From positions 448,001 through 512,000 of the forward strand of contig CAVSHB010000003.1 in the NCBI GenBank assembly GCA_963727775.1: 64,000 bases of DNA, written 5' to 3'. How positions within the stretch are numbered: the stretch's first letter is position 1; each line of letters begins with the position of its first letter. Below are positions 61,779-64,000 of this stretch, one piece after another. The notes under the pieces are model-generated. The model did no database searches. It was given only the letters and a program-made list of their open reading frames with translations, and had not been told where the DNA came from. Source of the DNA: an uncultured Nitrospiraceae bacterium. Lineage in GTDB: Bacteria > Nitrospirota > Thermodesulfovibrionia > Thermodesulfovibrionales > SM23-35. A program made the position numbers and the translations under genes.

Positions 61779-62264
61779 ATGATTACTGTTGCAATATTGA
61801 CTTTAAGCGATAAGGGGTCCAAAGGTGAGCGTAAAGATCTGAGCGGCCCGCTCATTCAAGAGATCTTGAAAGGCATAAATGCCGAGATTAAGCGCTATGA
61901 AATCCTGCCGGATGAAAAAGAAACCGTTAAAGAAAAGCTTATCCAATACAGCAATGAAGTTGACTTGATATTAACAACCGGCGGAACAGGGCTTTCGCCG
62001 AGAGACGTCACACCGGATGCAACTCTTGAAATAATCGATAGGCAGGTCCCCGGCATTGCGGAAGCGATGCGGATGGAAGGTCTCAAAAAGACAAACCGGG
62101 CGATGCTTTCACGGGCAGTGGCTGGCGTCAAAGGGAAGACGCTCATTATTAATCTTCCGGGAAGTCCAAAGGCAGTACAGGAAAACCTCACAGTTATTTT
62201 GGATGCCCTCCCGCATGCGATCGAAAAAATAAAGGGGGACCCAACTGAATGTGCGTCCGGGTAA
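61779..62264 (+). CDS. mog: Molybdopterin adenylyltransferase MogA/MoaB
   Basis: LTLSD, TTGGTG.SPRDVTP and NLPGSP. Confidence 0.9.
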   Translation: MITVAILTLSDKGSKGERKDLSGPLIQEILKGINAEIKRYEILPDEKETVKEKLIQYSNEVDLILTTGGTGLSPRDVTPDATLEIIDRQVPGIAEAMRMEGLKKTNRAMLSRAVAGVKGKTLIINLPGSPKAVQENLTVILDALPHAIEKIKGDPTECASG

Positions 62265-62358
62265 AAAATTCGGACTTCCAAAGAGATTAATTGGTTGTTA
62301 AAATAATATCAACTAACCTTTCATTTTTACTTCCTGTAATTTGTATTAAAATATCTTT

Positions 62359-63081
62359 ATGAAGGATATCTCATTCCCCTTAGCTTTTTTGGCCGGTATA
62401 TTGTCGTTTCTCTCCCCCTGTGTCCTTCCTTTGGTGCCTTCTTATGTCTCTTTTATTACCGGGGTTTCCTTTAAAGACCTTACCGTCGGGTTGGACAAAA
62501 AAAGGGTCCGATACCTGACAATGACAAACTCCGCGGCTTTTATTGCCGGTTTTTCCACAATATTCATTACCCTCGGGATATCATCCTCGGCTATCGGAAA
62601 GTTTTTGTTTCAGTATATGGATTTAATCAGGATAATAGGCGGGATACTCGTCATCATCTTCGGTCTTTTTATATCCGGTTTTCTGAAACTCGATTTCCTC
62701 ATGAAGGACAAGAAGATATATCTGAGCGGAAAGCCCGCCGGATACATCGGCACGTTCATTGTCGGTATGACATTCGCTGCCGGCTGGAGTCCATGCATAG
62801 GTCCGATCCTCGGAACGATCCTTGTCTACGCCGGCTCTAAGGGCTCTGCCCTGTACGGTTTTCAATTGCTCTCAGTCTATTCACTCGGTCTTGCAGTGCC
62901 TTTTTTTATCTCGGCACTTGCTATAAACGTCTTTTTAAGCTACTCACCGAAAATCGCAAAATCCATGCGGATAATCATGATAGTGAGCGGCCTTCTCCTC
63001 ATTATTTTCGGTATCCTGCTCCTGACGGACCAGTTAAGAGCACTCGGCAGGCTTATGCCTAATGCAGGGATAAAGCTTTAG
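62359..63081 (+). CDS. ccdA: Cytochrome c biogenesis protein CcdA
   Basis: SFLSPCVLP and WSPCIGP. Confidence 0.92.
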   Translation: MKDISFPLAFLAGILSFLSPCVLPLVPSYVSFITGVSFKDLTVGLDKKRVRYLTMTNSAAFIAGFSTIFITLGISSSAIGKFLFQYMDLIRIIGGILVIIFGLFISGFLKLDFLMKDKKIYLSGKPAGYIGTFIVGMTFAAGWSPCIGPILGTILVYAGSKGSALYGFQLLSVYSLGLAVPFFISALAINVFLSYSPKIAKSMRIIMIVSGLLLIIFGILLLTDQLRALGRLMPNAGIKL

Positions 63082-63644
63082 AAATCGATCCCCCTCTGCG
63101 GCTCTATGCCTTGTCTGTAGGCGTGTTTGATCTCTTTCGTTTCGGTAACTGTGTGGGCTTTGGCTATGATGTCCGGGGGGGCATCCCTTCCGGTAAGAAC
63201 GAGATGCATGAGAGGCGGTTTGATTTCTATCAACTCTATTACCTGCTGCAAATCAACGAGTTTTAATTTGACTGCATTATTGATTTCGTCGAGGATTAGA
63301 ATGTCGAAATTTCCTGAAAGCATTTTCTCCTTCGAAAGTTTAATAGCATCCTGGGCATTAGCACGATGTTCCTCGAAGGGGTAAGGGTTTCCCATTATTC
63401 CGCAGAAGCCCTTCCCTGTCAGATGGAACTCGACATTCGGGGACAGTCTTCTTATGCCGTCAATTTCTCCCGAGTACATATCCCCTTTCATAAACTCTAT
63501 GATACAAATCTTCATATCATGCCCTACAGCCCTTAACGCGATGCCCAAAGCAGAAGTAGTCTTCCCCTTCCCGTGTCCGGTTATCACGACAATAAGACCG
63601 ATTTTCTCTTTTGGTTCAAAAATCCGAAGTTTTAATTCTTCCAT
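63078..63644 (-). CDS. cobO: Cob(I)alamin adenosyltransferase
   Basis: TGHGKGKTT, ILDEI, LTGR and a GIDF C-terminus. Confidence 0.92.
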   Translation of the reverse strand: MEELKLRIFEPKEKIGLIVVITGHGKGKTTSALGIALRAVGHDMKICIIEFMKGDMYSGEIDGIRRLSPNVEFHLTGKGFCGIMGNPYPFEEHRANAQDAIKLSKEKMLSGNFDILILDEINNAVKLKLVDLQQVIELIEIKPPLMHLVLTGRDAPPDIIAKAHTVTETKEIKHAYRQGIEPQRGIDF

Positions 63645-63654
63645 ATCACGGCAG

Positions 63655-64000
63655 TCAGATATTTAAAAGTCTTTTATTTATCTCAATCGCCGCGACAGCG
63701 CCCTCGCCGGCGGCGATAATAGCCTGATCATGACCGGTATTCAGAGGCCCCACAATATAAAGCCCGTCTAAGGAGGACTCGAAGTTATGATTAACAATAT
63801 ATTTAAACCCCCGGCTGTCCTTTTTCAGGGGCAGTGCCCCGATAAAGTCATCGCTTAATTTAAAGCCGAAATCAGACATGACGACCTCGCATTCGATCCT
63901 TCTTCCGTCCTGAAGTTCCAACGCCTCGATTTTTTCATCTCCGATGATTTTACCCGGCCGTCCTTTAACGAGCGGGATGCCTTCTTCTTTCATTAATTCT
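63655..64000 (-). CDS. Thioredoxin reductase-like FAD oxidoreductase, C-terminal part
   Basis: SSLDGLYIVG..QAIIAAGEGAVAA; the 5' part lies outside the window. Confidence 0.7.
   Translation of the reverse strand, partial: ELMKEEGIPLVKGRPGKIIGDEKIEALELQDGRRIECEVVMSDFGFKLSDDFIGALPLKKDSRGFKYIVNHNFESSLDGLYIVGPLNTGHDQAIIAAGEGAVAAIEINKRLLNI

Overview
Bacterial chromosomal window. Gene content (futalosine pathway, parS-smc, pyrR operon) is compatible with an anaerobic Nitrospirota/Desulfobacterota-like genome, but this is inference only. About 1-20.3 kb is the right part of an integrative element that ends at a displaced 3' half of tRNA-Lys(CTT) (20229-20275). It carries a serine resolvase, a YhaM-like nuclease, two PIN paralogues, an Eco29kI-type R-M pair, a metallophosphoesterase plus Cys/His protein pair, an XRE-ImmA-HD dNTPase-YwgA/DarG-CTD-like operon, a P-loop NTPase plus membrane partner, an IS110 with a structured non-coding end (probable bridge RNA), and a replication module whose HTH initiator contains iteron-like repeats, next to a Replic_Relax-like gene. 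About 20.3-24.7 kb holds an IS3, a truncated rolling-circle Rep, a Phd-PIN toxin-antitoxin pair, yceI and copies of a ~165-195 bp MITE-like repeat with a conserved, covarying core. The remainder is core genome: two parS sites and smc, a glcD-like oxidase, a TetR-led futalosine menaquinone cluster, an Opp/Dpp ABC transporter, a uvrA homologue, an IS1202-family element with a 16-bp target duplication, the PyrR attenuator with pyrR-pyrB-pyrC-carA-carB, metK, ahcY, a MOSC gene, mogA, ccdA and cobO. Short heptamer and palindromic repeats are inserted in frame in carB, pyrC and uvrA. All calls come from motif reading by eye; no database searches were run.
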